Part shown: positions 12,103-26,205 of the stretch, one piece after another
How the letters are laid out: each line of letters begins with the position of its first letter
Numbering within the stretch: the stretch's first letter is position 1
Assembly: GCA_951406725.2 (NCBI GenBank)
Contig: OX597828.1
Location: 35,216,001-35,280,000, forward strand
Source: Octopus vulgaris
Taxonomy: Eukaryota
DNA: 64,000 nucleotides
Reading direction: 5' to 3'
Position numbers and translations under genes: made by a program
The notes under the pieces: generated by a model
Database searches by the model: none
What the model was told of the DNA's origin: nothing
The model's input: the letters and a program-made list of their open reading frames with translations, nothing else

Positions 12103-12398
12103 GCTACTACTACTACTACTACTACTACTACTGCTACTGCTACTACTACTACTACTACTACTGATGCTAGCATGTGATATCAAGGGGTGGTCTTATATAC
12201 ACACACATACACACACATATGGTCATGCCACAAAAGAGTCACCCAGTAGACTCTGTGAAGTGGTTGGCATTAGGAAAAGCATCCAGCTGTAGAAACAATA
12301 CCAAATCAGGGTTCAAGTGCAGCCTTTTGGCTTCTTAGTTCATTATTAAACCATTCAACCCATGCCGACACAGGGAAAGAAATGTTAAATGATGTTAG

Positions 12399-12455
<57 letters not shown>

Positions 12456-12677
12456 GGAGGAGGAGGAGGAGGAGGAGGAGGAGGAGGAGAGGAGGAGGAG
12501 AAGGAGGAGGAGAGGAGAAGGAGGAGGGATGGATGGATATCCTTTTCAGCTCTCATCAATCAAAATCCCTCACAAAAGGCTTTGAGAAGGCTCTACAGTG
12601 GGATGCAGCCCAAGACCTTGTTCTTGAGATGAACTTCTCAACTTCACTGCCATTTGTATGTGTGTGTGTGTGTGTGA

Positions 12678-12715
<38 letters not shown>

Positions 12716-12796
12716 ATGATTGGCGGGAGAGATAGTTTGGTAGAAACTGGTAAGAACAGAGACGGACAGATAACGAGAGTGTTGAATAGACAAACT

Positions 12797-12880
<84 letters not shown>

Positions 12881-13234
12881 CATATATAAAGATATACATA
12901 TTTAAAGATAGATGAGTGAGATATAAATAAATAGACAGGCAGACAGACATACAGATAGATAGATGAACGAACTGAGACATAGGTGAGTAGGGAAGGAGGG
13001 AGAAGAGGATAGGTAAATTGATTGACTGACAGATAGGCCTTCAGAACTCTATCCCAATTATTTACTAAATTGATAAATATATAGATTCGCTCATTTACCA
13101 CAAGCACAACACACACACACACACACACGTATCTACAGAATGATTGATAAATTGACTCAGAAAGTGATGACAGGCAAATAGTGATAGAAAGAAGGAGATA
13201 ATTATATATCTGTGTGCGTGTGTGTGGTTTTAGC

Positions 13235-15425
13235 AAGAAAGAGAAACAGGCTGGATTTCCATGAGGGTGATAGCCTTGCTCAATGTGTAGCAAAGGAGGA
13301 GATAGACACTCCATATAGTGTACTGAATGCAAACTATGGACGAATAGAAGGCGGAGTGGAATCACAGGCAGATTGATAGAGAAAGTAGACCTTGTATGCA
13401 GCAGATGCACAGAAGCAATCAACACTAAGAGCATACAGGAAATAGATTTTTCTTGAATGCCCACGAGGATCCCAAGACATGGTAAATAGCTTCTGTTACC
13501 TAAGTGACCTAATTAGCAGCGAAGAAGGATGATATGAATACAGCTAGAGCTTGATCAGGCTGGAGCAAGTTTTGGAAGCTATTTATTTCGTTTTATCTTT
13601 TTAACTTTCACTGGTTTTCAGTCATTAGATAGTGACCAGGCTGGGGCATCACCTTGAAGAATTTTGATCAGACAAATCAGTTCCTCGACTAATTGTTTCT
13701 TGTCAGCTGGATGCCTATTCTATCAGTCTCTTTTGCCAAGCTATGGGGATGTAAACACACCAACACTGGCTGTCAAGCAGTGGTGGTGGACAAACACAGA
13801 CACAAAGGCACACACACACACACACACACACATATACATGCACACAATGACCTTTAATCAGTTTCCACATACCATATCCACTCATAAGTCTTTGGTTGGC
13901 TCAAGGCTATAGTGGAAGACACTTGCCCAAGGTGTCACACAGTGGGACTGAACCCAGAACCATGTGGTTGGGAAGCAAACTTCTTACCACCTAGTTACTC
14001 CTGTGTGGAAAGAATTTTTCTCTCACAGAGCAAAAAGCAGATTGCATGATGTCTGTGCATGAACGGCAATTCCACATGGTAGTCAAACATGGGCTGAGAA
14101 TGTAGAAGACATGCAAATGTTTGTAAGAAATGAAGCTGACATGCTCTGCTGGATGTCCCATGTCTATGTGCAGGTATGACAAAGTATAAATGGATCAAGA
14201 GGAAAACTGGACATGAGACGCATCAGATGTAGTGTGGAAGATAGAAGATTATGCTGATGTGGCCATGTGATGAGGTCAACTTTATAAAGAAATGTCATAT
14301 GTGGATGGAGTGTGTGGAAGAGGAATGTCCTGGAAGTTATGGAATGAAATAGTGAAGACTGACCTCAGGACTCCGAACCTCCCAGAGGAGATGCCAGAGG
14401 ACCAGGGTGACTAGTGATATACAGTGTAGTGCTCAATAAGACCCACCTATCTCAGTGCAGCTAGGGGCCTCGATGCATAATGTGTATATCTACAAAAATG
14501 GGCTTCTTTCCCAATTTAACCATCATACCTTCCTCGCACTGATCCCTTCGTCACTTGTCTAATTAGTGCAGTATACTGCTGTTGTAATTAAATTAGATAA
14601 GAGCTACATATTTCATTATCCTTCTCTGTGCTACCTGTTATTTCTTCCACTACTTAGAACCACTTTGTTTGACAGCCATCCTTAATTCTTAACATAACTC
14701 CTCTCTACTCGCATTTCACATTGATCACCCTACATTGTCCAACTACTCCCATCTCATATTAATTATTGAACACATTTGTTCACCATTCACTACATTCACC
14801 TCCCACTCTTACCTGTCTCTACAGTCATAACCTATTCTCCCCTAGCTTCCCTTTGAATCGTATTTATCACCAAACACACCCTTACCTAGTTTGTTTTTCC
14901 ACTGCATCACCCCTACCCATTTCTATCCACCCTTCACTTCTCATATATGTTATTGCAACCTCTAACCACGATCTCTTTTTCTTGTCTCCATGTACATTGA
15001 GGGCCTACCTTGACATTGTATCATCACCAGATTTATTTCTGGTTCCAGCTCCTTCTGATTAATCCACTTTTATAAAATGCAAGTTAGCCTTGTATCTCTT
15101 CTGCAGCAAGAAACCAGTTCAGGACCCTTCTTTCCCAACACCTTGCACACAGCTGCCCCCTGACTATCTCATTTGGTCCCTTTCGATGAAAGGGGACCTT
15201 AGTCCTGCAAGTTACGAGCAATCTCAGCCTCACCGGTGCAGCTGTTCACAGAAAAGCACTTAGAACTCTGTAAAGTGGTTGGCATTAGGAAGGGCATCCA
15301 AGCATAGAGACCATACCAAAGCTGATGTTGAAGCACGGCAGTTTTTCGACCCATTTGGAGCCTCTCAAACCATCCAACATATGCCATTGACTTGAAAGAC
15401 AGATGTGTGATGACGATGATGATGT
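13235..15425 (+). mobile_element. Degenerate RTE-clade LINE 3' part, split by a SINE at ~13590-14000
   Basis: PCSMCSKG..CTECKLW..VCSRCT...SFCYLSDLIS. After the SINE: HGSQTW..RNEADMLCWM..GHVMR. Then a 3' UTR ending in the GGCATTAGGAAGGGCATCCA...(GAT)n tail. Confidence 0.8.
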
Positions 15426-15527
15426 ATATGCATATACAGATGTATGTATATATACATGTGTGTGTGTGTGTCTCTGTGTGTGCATGTGTATGTGTATGTT
15501 TGTATGCGTGTTTATTCACGTGTGTGT

Positions 15528-15572
<45 letters not shown>

Positions 15573-15732
15573 TGTGCGTGTGTGTTTTTGAGTGTGTAGG
15601 CAAGTCCCACACAATAAATTTGACTTTACCCTCCATATGGAGATACACAATCAGTGAATGTTCAATTGTTGTTCTGAAATACAATTTATGATAATAACCT
15701 TATTTTAACATACACATACACACCCATGAATG

Positions 15733-15769
<37 letters not shown>

Positions 15770-15820
15770 ACACACACATGTATACATACATACACATAGA
15801 TATATACATACATACATATA

Positions 15821-15855
<35 letters not shown>

Positions 15856-16178
15856 AATATTTTATAAATATTATATCACATTATATTATATCGTATGTAA
15901 ATTACAACATACATACATAGATCATCATCATCATCAACATTTAACATCTTTTTTCCATGCTGGCATGGGTTGGACGGCTTGACAGGAACTAGCAAGGCCT
16001 GGAGCTGCACCAGGTTCTGTAGCCTGTTCTGACTTGGTTTATATTACATTATATATATATATATATATACATGAGAAAGAGATTTATACATTTATATGTA
16101 TAGAGAGATACGTACAATTATTATAAAGCATAAAAATACATATTCATATATGCTTTATATAGATATGCTTGTGTGTGA

Positions 16179-16221
<43 letters not shown>

Positions 16222-16240
16222 GATATATATAAATATATAA

Positions 16241-16273
<33 letters not shown>

Positions 16274-16415
16274 AACAAACATAGACACACACATGCACAC
16301 ATACACACATGCAAACACAAACATTGATGCATGTGCAATTATATTTGCACACAGGCCCTTAAAAATGTAACCTGACAATCATAATAATATTGATTCTTTT
16401 CACTATGGTTCTTAC

Positions 16416-16456
16416 GCTGTTCCCATTAGCTCTCCTGTCAGGCATGTTCTGCTCTG
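16416..16456 (-). CDS. Candidate 41/38-nt cassette exon (phase 1 to 0), (A)EQNMPDRRANGNS
   Basis: Tandem NAGNAG acceptor TTCTTATTAG|CAG| and donor AGC|GTAAGA. Unique sequence between microsatellites. Confidence 0.4.
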
Positions 16457-17386
16457 CTAATAAGAACCAATCAACAGAACCAGATATGCACACACACACG
16501 CACACACACACACACACACATACACACAGAATAAGGGAGAAGCACTGAGTGACATATGCAAAAAAAAAAAAATGTTCAAATAACAGATATTTTTCCTCAT
16601 GGTTGAGGAATGAAAACGAAAACCTAAATGCAAATATTTGAGATACTCAGATATAAGGGGAGATAATTTCATGGATTTATGAAGCAATTTCTTGTACATA
16701 CATCCATCCATGCATATATGCATATGTGTGTGTGTGTGCATATATGCATGGATGTATGTATACGTACAGGTGTTTGTGTGTGTGTGTGTGTATACATACA
16801 GGTGCAAGCACGACTATGTGGTTATGAAGTTTGCTTCCAAGCGATATGGATGCAAGTTCAATTTCACTGTATGATAACTTGAGCAAGTATTATCTGCAAC
16901 AGTTCTGACCAAACCAAAGCCTTGTGAATGGATTTGCTAAACTAAAACCAAGAGAAACCTATATATTATATATGTCATTTTTTAGTTTTATTTCAGGATT
17001 GCTTGTCAATAGAGAAGGAGTCAGTTTCTAAGTTAGATCCACAGCCCCTTTTATTGGAATTTTAACAAAATCATTAGGGTATTTCTGTATGCATGTCATT
17101 GTTCAGTTTTATTTCAAGATTTCTTGCCAATAGAGAAAGTGCTGGTTTCTAACCTAGATCCAAGGTTCCTTCATTGGAATTTCAATATCAACAACAGGGT
17201 ATGTATGTATGTATGTATGTATGTATGTATGTATGTATGTATGTATGTATGACAAAACCTTAGTCATAATTTATGTTCCTAACACTAGGTGAATGATAAC
17301 TAAGTTATTTTACTAGATTCTTTGTTATATTTAAAATAATTGAAAAAAACACAGAGCTTCTCAAAATAAATATGGCAACAAAAGGG

Positions 17387-17682
17387 TTAAGGATGTTGAA
17401 TGAAACACCCATGTTTACACAGGTGAATTATCCAAACCCCAAAGAATCCCTCTCAACACATGGCTATGATGCTCCCTCACTACTTCTGCTCGTGATTAGA
17501 GATGCACATATCGTCAGCCACTAAGAGACATGCTCAAGGTCAAACAACTGACAAGCAAATCTGTGGTATTGAGCAGAATATTTTCCCATCTTTTATACCA
17601 AGACAAAACAATGTACATGATAACACTTCCAATCAGTTGAGATCAGAAGCCATGAAAGCCACTGCCTGGTACTGCATCAGAG
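17387..17682 (-). mobile_element. Same element, partial copy 3
   Basis: Matches 8493-8800. Confidence 0.7.
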
Positions 17683-18055
17683 TCCATCTTTACATTCTGA
17701 GTTCAAATTCCATTGAGGTTGACTTCCCTTTTCATCCTTTTGGAGTCACTGGGAGTAAAGGGAATCAGCTTAGACCCTCCTCCCAGTATTTCTGGCCTTC
17801 TGCCAAAACTTGAAACCATTATCATTAAGGCTGTGAATTAGCAGAATTGTTAACATGCTGAGCAAAATGCATAGTGGTATTTTGTCCGACTTTATGTTCT
17901 GAGATCAAATTCTGCCAGGGTCGACCTTTGCCTTTCATCCTTACGAGGTCAATAAATTAAGTACCAGTGAAACACTGGGGTCGATGTAAATGACTAGTCC
18001 CCCTTCCCCCAAACCTCAGGCCTTGTGCCTATAGTAGAAAGGTTTATTATTATTA

Positions 18056-18101
<46 letters not shown>

Positions 18102-18296
18102 AGCATTTTTTTTCAAGCTCTGACTTCAAATCCTGCTAAGCTCAACTTGGGATCAATGAAATAATTTTCAAGTCAAGCACTGCGGGGCGATGGAATCGAC
18201 TTATCTTTCCCAACAAAAGTTGCTGGCCTTGTGCTAAACTTTGAAGTCATTATCATCTCTTCTACTTCCTCTTCTGCTTCCTTTTATTCAGCTTCT

Positions 18297-18355
18297 ATTT
18301 CATTCATTCATTCATTCATTCATTCCTCCTCATCATATTATTACTATTATTTTTA

Positions 18356-18407
<52 letters not shown>

Positions 18408-18415
18408 TTATAATG

Positions 18416-18446
<31 letters not shown>

Positions 18447-18495
18447 CCATCATCACCATCATCACCATCATCACCATCATCATCACCATCATCAC

Positions 18496-18533
<38 letters not shown>

Positions 18534-18548
18534 CCATCATCATCATTA
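18297..18548. repeat. Compound (TTCA)n/(ATT)n/(CAT/CAC)n microsatellite
   Basis: Direct reading. Confidence 0.95.
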
Positions 18549-18765
18549 TGCCTCCTACTTTTTCTGCTCCTCCTCCTACAGTCAACATGCTATTGATTTC
18601 CGTAGTAGAAGTGAGAAAACTTTCATTTCTTTCATCATCTTCCGAGCCAGCTAATTGGGAAATGCCGGAGAGAAAAATATGTATTGATTGTCACTTGCCC
18701 GAACGCTATTCAGCTGTTTGTTGCACATGCATGAAGATAAATATATCACTTCATCTAGCCATACT

Positions 18766-18894
<129 letters not shown>

Positions 18895-18899
18895 GTATC

Positions 18900-18931
<32 letters not shown>

Positions 18932-19034
18932 AATATATATATATGTATATATATATGTATGTATGTATATATATAGAGATATATATATATAGATATATAT
19001 ATGTATATATATATATATGTATATATATATATAC

Positions 19035-19069
<35 letters not shown>

Positions 19070-19351
19070 TGTATATACCTGTGTGCATGTCTAGCTTCAG
19101 CTTTTCTACATCTAACTATGTAACTGTGCAACAGCCATATTCATGTTTTTAGGCATAATTATGGCGATAAATCATTATAAACACATACACACATGCAAAG
19201 CCAATTACATGCAAAAGCATGTGTGAATGCATGTATGTGCATATGTGTGTGTGTGCATGTGTGTGTGTGCATATCATTATATCATTATCCGTCTGTCTAG
19301 CTAGCTATCATTCTGTGCATATATATCCACATACATACATACATACATATA

Positions 19352-19392
<41 letters not shown>

Positions 19393-19534
19393 ACATATAT
19401 ATATGTTTTATATGTAACACATGTAAAATATTTGAATATTGCAGTCTGAATATTGTTATGTTCTTGCTAAACACATTGCCCAGAGTACAACGTTGTTATG
19501 TGTAAATATGTTTATATGCTTCTGCAAAGACTTT

Positions 19535-19578
<44 letters not shown>

Positions 19579-20384
19579 AAAGTATATATATGTGTGTGTT
19601 GTGTGTGTGTGTGTATTATATATCTATACACACACACACCACATACAGAACATACATGTAACTTTCATTATTCACTATTCTATTTTCATGGACAATAGCA
19701 TCAACATACAATACCTCTATTGTTATCATTCTATATCAGTTTTTTTTTTTTGGTTGTTATTATTAATTTTTCTATTTCCATGTATGCATGGAATGGATGT
19801 GCCTCACAGCATCTCACACTTGTCACAATCCATCGTCAACATAAACACATAACAAATAAAATTACCAACCTTTGTTGTTGTGTATGGAATGGTTTGACAG
19901 AATATTTATTTCTAATGGCTGGATGTTCTTTGTACGATTAACCACTTCACAGCCAGTGTTAGGCACCAGCTTGGTTGTATGTTTTTAAGAAGTCTGCTTC
20001 CCAATCATGTGGTCATAGGTTCATACTTAGTGTACAGCACTTTGGGCATGTGTTTTCTATTATAGCCCTGAGCCAACCAAAGCCCTGTATGTGTATTTTG
20101 TAGCAGAAATTGATAGAAGCCTGTCATATCTATCATCGCCATCATTACCTATTTCTTTACTACCCACAAGGGGCCAAACACAGAGGGGACAAACAAGGAC
20201 AGACACAGGTATTAAGTCGATTACATCGACCCCAGTGCGAAACTGGTACTTTATTTATCGACCCCGAAAGGATGAAAGGCAAAGTTGACCTCGGCAGAAT
20301 TTGAACTCACAACGTAACACAGACAAAATACCACTAAGCATTTTGCCCGGCGTGCTAACGTTTCTGCCTGCTCGCCACCTTACC

Positions 20385-20838
20385 ATTTAGTGCCCATTCT
20401 CCATGCTGGATATGGGTTTGACTAGGATTGGTAAACTGGAGAGCTGCATCAGGCTCCAGTATGGTTTGGTTTGGTTTCTACCTATGGATGTCCTTCCTAC
20501 TGCCAACCACTCCAACAGTGTAAGTGGGTGCCATTCACATGTCACCAGCACAGGTTCCCTGATGGATCACTGGCATAGGTGTCTCTTATGGGTTACTGGC
20601 ATGGGTGTCCTTTATATATCACCAGCACTGGCCACAACTATACAATTTCACTTGGCTTGACATGTCTTCTCAAATACAGCAAATCACCAGAAGTGTCCAT
20701 CACCTGTCATCGCCTCCATGAGACTCAATAACTAAAGATTATATTTCACCATCTTGTCCCATGTCTTCCTGGGTCTACCCCATCTACAGGTTCCCTCCAC
20801 GATTGGAGATTGGATCTTCTTTACACAGCTGTCCTCAA
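20385..20838 (-). mobile_element. RTE LINE 3' end (ORF C-terminus + 3' UTR)
   Basis: EDSCVKK..VEGTCRWGRPRKTWDKMVK...AVFEKT, then the shared tail. Confidence 0.8.
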
Positions 20839-21267
20839 AGTTAGAAAGTTTCTTTGATATTATTTATTCCACCATTACACATGTTTCGTTTGCTAACAGG
20901 AATTACAAAGGCTGTACATGTTGGATAAACATGTAAGAAATTTCCAATAAGAAATTCTTCAGACAGAGATTCAAATAATACAATAACACACTGGATTGTA
21001 ATACTGGAATAAGCAAGTCTGCTTCAATAAGATATAGCTTGGAACTTATGCTACCTGTATTATATATATACATACATACATTATATAGATAGATAGATAG
21101 ACAGACAGATATGAGTGGCTATGTGGTAAAGTAGCTTGCTTACCAGCCACATGGTTCCAAGTTCAGTCCCACTGCATGGCACCTTGGCCATGGGTCTTCT
21201 ACTATAGCCTTAGGCTGACCAAAGCCTTGCGAGTGGATTTGGTTGATAGAAACTGAAATGAGCCTGT

Positions 21268-21310
<43 letters not shown>

Positions 21311-21565
21311 TTTCAGAATGAGATAAAAACTCAAGTCTGTGAAGATTTTAGAACATTTATAAACAGAAGGTCTTACAGCTCCTTATTCACATAATCACCA
21401 AACCTGGAGCGTAACTATGGTCTATCCATAGCACTTAGCATTACCTGACACCTTTGGGTCTTATTGACACCATTACCTCTCATAACCTCTCTCTCTATAT
21501 ATATCTATATATATATATATAGAGAGAGAGAGAGAAAGAGAGAGAGAGAGGAAGAGAGAGAGAGA

Positions 21566-21870
21566 GGCACAATGGCCCAGTGGTTTGGGCTGCAGACTCA
21601 CGGTCGGAGGATCGCGGTTTCGATTCCCAGACCGGGCGTTGTGTATGTTTATTGAGCGAAAACACCTAAAGCTTCACGAGGCTCCAGCAGGGGTGCTGGT
21701 GACCCCTGCTGTACTCTTTTGCCGCAACTTTCTCTCACTTTTCCTTCTGTTGGCCTGCTCGCTTAGCCAGTGGGGTGGCGTCATTTGAAGGCTAAACAAT
21801 GTGAAGCACATTGTGACCAGCGATGTGTAGCAACATCTGATAGCCTGGTCAGTCACGTGATCACGTGATA
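21566..21870 (+). mobile_element. tRNA-derived SINE family C
   Basis: TGGCCCAGTGG A box, GGTTTCGATTCCC B box, palindromic tail TCACGTGATCACGTGA. Confidence 0.85.
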
Positions 21871-21894
21871 TATATATGTATATATATATATAGG

Positions 21895-22045
21895 GAGAGT
21901 TTACAAAAAAAACAAAAGACAAAGACAAGTGGTGTACTAAACAAACATGTATTAGTATAACACTCAGGAACAGAAAAAGTCTTTTACGTTTCAAGCCTAC
22001 GCTCTTCTACAGAAAGTGACACAGAAAAAACAAGGAGAGAAACAA
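21895..22045 (-). mobile_element. Penelope-like terminal fragment with minimal hammerhead variant
   Basis: TTT-CTGTAGA-AGAGC(GTAG)GCTT-GAAAC-GTA-AAA, in TA-repeat context. Confidence 0.55.
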
Positions 22046-23451
22046 ATATATATATAAAATATATTAGGGAATAACAAGTACTCCAGGTTATCAGGATGTT
22101 TACTATTTTACGCTTTTCTAATGAAATGTAAAAAGTATATTTTGTAATATTTTTATTACAAATTTGGGGTCTTTCCAATAGATACACAACTCCTATTTCA
22201 GGGTAACCGCATGGTATGGTATATGCAGAGAAAATTACATCAAATAAGATAATTAAAATAACACACAAGAAAATTAGTTAAATAAATATAACTTACCTGT
22301 TATTATTAGGATAAGTACTAGGCTTACAAAGAATAAGTCCTGGGGTTGATTTGTTCAACTAAAGACAGTGCTCCAATATGGCTGCAATCAAAAACTGAAA
22401 CAAATACAAGAATAAAAGAATATATGTATGTATATATATGAGTAAGTGAGAGGACAAACAAAAGAAAGAAGCACTCAATACATTTAGCAGAGGTTACATA
22501 TATTATTATGAAAAACATGTCTGACAATGGGGAAATATTACATTGTTTGGAAGCATGTGAATGTTGGTGACAGGAAAGGCTTCAAACCATAAGAAATCTG
22601 TCCTAATGAATTCCATTTGATCCATGCAAGCATAAAAGAAAAGTGGATATTAAATGATGATGATGATGATGAAAGGTAGTACCAATGGCCATTTACAGGA
22701 CCTCCAAGACTTGTCGCAGGGAGAGGAAGAGTATTTTAAAACCAAAGATCAGGCCTGAGTGCTTGCAATGGATTTGGTTCTACTAAAGATATGGTTCAGC
22801 GATGATGCTGAACCAGCAAACAGATTAAATCAAATACCCGAGGAATCCAAGGCAGGATTTGAACTCCGAATTCAAAGAACTGAAAGCACATCCCATAATA
22901 CATCATATCAAATGTGTTAATCATTCCACTAATCCAGTGACCGAGATTGGTAATCTATTTATCTATCCCAGAAAGGATGAAAGGCAAGGCTAACCACAAA
23001 AGGGTTTCAACTTAAAATACCAAATACCAGAAAATATGCCTCCCTCGAAACATATTTTTATTTGATGCTCTAACGCCTCAGTAAACTTGCCACCTGTATA
23101 TCCAAGATTACAGCATCATATGTCACCCTTTTCATGAAAGTGATACAGTGTGAATTTGGCAAAGTTTAGCTGCTATTTCTAGCAGATTAAGTTACAGTGT
23201 AGAATCTCTCTCATTGATTTGTCCTTTGGGTGTTTGCTATGGCATATGACATGGAATTCCTTACATGATTTTCACACCACTCACTGCAAGCAGAAGCTTT
23301 AACTCTTAATCTAAAATATTCATCATTAATTGTTTCATAAACATTCATAAAAAATTCCACATTATGTAAGATGGTGGGGCAGTTGTTTTCTTTCTCTTTC
23401 ATCCTTCCTCACGTTTGTGCTGCTGTAACAGTCACATGGGGTAGATGCTAT

Positions 23452-23780
23452 GTACATACATTCATACATGCATACATACATTGATACATACATACATACA
23501 TACATACATACATGCATGCATGCATACATACATACATGCATACATACATACATACATACATACATACATACATACATACATTGATACATACATACATACA
23601 TACATACATACATACATACATACATACATACACACATGCATGCATACATACATACATACATACATACATACATACATACATACATACATACATACATACA
23701 TACATTCATACATATATACATACATACATACATTGATACATATATACATTCATACAGACATACATACATACATACATACA
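23452..23780. repeat. (CATA)n tetranucleotide array
   Basis: Direct reading. Confidence 0.95.
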
Positions 23781-23889
23781 AAGACACACACACACATATA
23801 TAAATATACACACACACACACAATTGTATGTGTGACATCATTGTGATATAGTTAGCTAGACAGACAGAGAGATAGATAAGTAGATAGAC

Positions 23890-23927
<38 letters not shown>

Positions 23928-23997
23928 GGAATAGATAAGTAGATAAATAGAGAAATAGAGGGACAGAGAGATAGATAACTAGATTGATAGATAGATA

Positions 23998-24159
23998 GGC
24001 GCAGGAATGGCTGTGTGATAAGTAGCTTGCTTACCAAGCACATGGTTCTGGGTTCAGTCCCAGTGCATGGCACCTTGGGCAAGTGTCTTCTACTATAGCC
24101 TCGGGCCGACTAAAGCCTTGTGAGTGGATTTGGTAGACGGAAACTGGAAGAAGCCCGTC

Positions 24160-24191
<32 letters not shown>

Positions 24192-24400
24192 GTGTGTGTA
24201 TATGTTTGTGTGTCTGTGTTTGTCCCTCCAACATCGCTTGACAAACGATGCTGGTGTGTTTATGTACCCGTAACTTAGCAGTTCGGCAAAAGAGACTGAT
24301 AGAATAAGTACTAGGCTTACTTGGGTCGATTTGCTCAACTAAAGGCAGTGCTCCAGCATGGCCGTAGTCAAATGACTGAAACAAGTAAAAGAGTAAAAAA
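23998..24400 (+). mobile_element. SINE family A, full-length, inserted in (GATA)n
   Basis: Same architecture as 6484-6862. Confidence 0.9.
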
Positions 24401-24409
24401 ATGAAAGAG

Positions 24410-24440
<31 letters not shown>

Positions 24441-24449
24441 GTAGATAGG

Positions 24450-24492
<43 letters not shown>

Positions 24493-24493
24493 G

Positions 24494-24552
<59 letters not shown>

Positions 24553-24553
24553 G

Positions 24554-24615
<62 letters not shown>

Positions 24616-24616
24616 C

Positions 24617-24682
<66 letters not shown>

Positions 24683-24702
24683 GATAGATAGATGGATAGA
24701 TG
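24410..24702. repeat. (GATA)n array
   Basis: Direct reading. Confidence 0.95.
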
Positions 24703-25435
24703 TAAGGGAGAGAGACAGAGAGAAAAGACACCTATGTAACATAAATTACACACACATATATATATCATATTTATTTGTCATTTATTCTTATAATTATGCA
24801 TTCCTTGCACCACACAAAAATATAAAACAATAGGGGCGTATTTATATGCAGTCAATCAGACTGCTAGAAATAGCAGACTAATCTCTCTTAAATCAAATTC
24901 CTGTGGAACATATTGGATAATGTTGTCCTAGATGCACCATGCCTGGAGGCGAGGTGGAGGAGGAAGAGGAAGGAAAAGAACGATGTAATGGAATGGAACA
25001 TTCACAGCTGGAACGCCTTTGATCGTTGGTCTGCTTGATGAGAGGCGACTTGGCACTTAGCAACAACAGCTGCTGCCACAACAACAAGGAGAACAACAAC
25101 AACAACAACAACAACAAGATCAGCAGCCGCAGAATATTCAAAATACTTTCTGACTTAACTAGAAACAATCAAATTTAGAAACTGTAGCTATGAGAAATTT
25201 CCAAACTAGGAAATTACATTTGTATAGGCTCCCTGTTTTGTGGGGGAACACCCCTTGTTGAAAAGACCCAACTGTTTGCCATTTCTAAAAGCATCAACAG
25301 GGACCATTATTCCTCCCTTTTGTTCCATCACAACCACCATCATCATCATCATTGTCGTCATCGTCATCACTGTCAAATACACTGAGGAATTGTGAATTCC
25401 GTTATTGATTTTATTTAATACATTTTTGAAATTTT

Positions 25436-25513
25436 TTATTTTTCCTTTTCTATAATTATTTTATTCTGACTTCCCCCGGCACCGCCTGACCCACATTTCA
25501 AAGATCCATTAAC
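25436..25513 (-). CDS. Candidate terminal exon (phase 0), [25 protein letters not shown]
   Basis: Acceptor GGTATCTTCATAG|. GC-rich, codon-like 25-codon frame to TAA, followed by ~550 nt of unique UTR-like sequence with AATAAA motifs. Confidence 0.4.
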   Translation of the reverse strand, partial: VNGSLKCGSGGAGGSQNKIIIEKEK

Positions 25514-25604
25514 CTATGAAGATACCCTATCCATAATACACACACATACACACACACATATCAATAAACAGGCATATACATACATGTATGCATGTGTGTG
25601 TATG

Positions 25605-25637
<33 letters not shown>

Positions 25638-25712
25638 AGACATACATATATGTATGTATATATTTATTTATTGATGTGTGTGTGTGTGTGTGTGAGTGTG
25701 TGTGTGCATATA

Positions 25713-25860
<148 letters not shown>

Positions 25861-26168
25861 AATAAATTTGCCTTGTTGATGTTGGTGGTAGAAGAATTTC
25901 TGTCCTGAAGAATTCCCTGATGTTTTTAGTTGAGTAGCTATTAAACCAGAGATATTCCAAATGATGGCTGAGAAATATTCTTCCTAAATCCATTATCAGC
26001 ATGCATATTAATTATTTACACATACAACCACACACCCACCCACCCACACACGCACATATAAATAAATGTACATACATACTTATATAGAGACACAAACAAG
26101 CATACATGAATATATGCATAGGTATGCATACATAGATGCGCATTCATATGTATATATCCACATTAGAA

Positions 26169-26205
<37 letters not shown>

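Noticed and set aside
21566-21640. tRNA-like sequences (also 6484, 11400, 31160 and others)
   Set aside because: SINE heads with A/B boxes; no complete cloverleaf, and they continue into SINE bodies.
25061-25153. Plus-strand poly-Q-like frame QQQLLPQQQGEQQQ...
   Set aside because: CAA microsatellite with a weak acceptor and stops in neighbouring frames.
25470-25540. Plus-strand peptide DPLTYED resembling the Eph receptor juxtamembrane motif
   Set aside because: No plus-strand acceptor or kinase exons nearby; the minus-strand reading is better supported.
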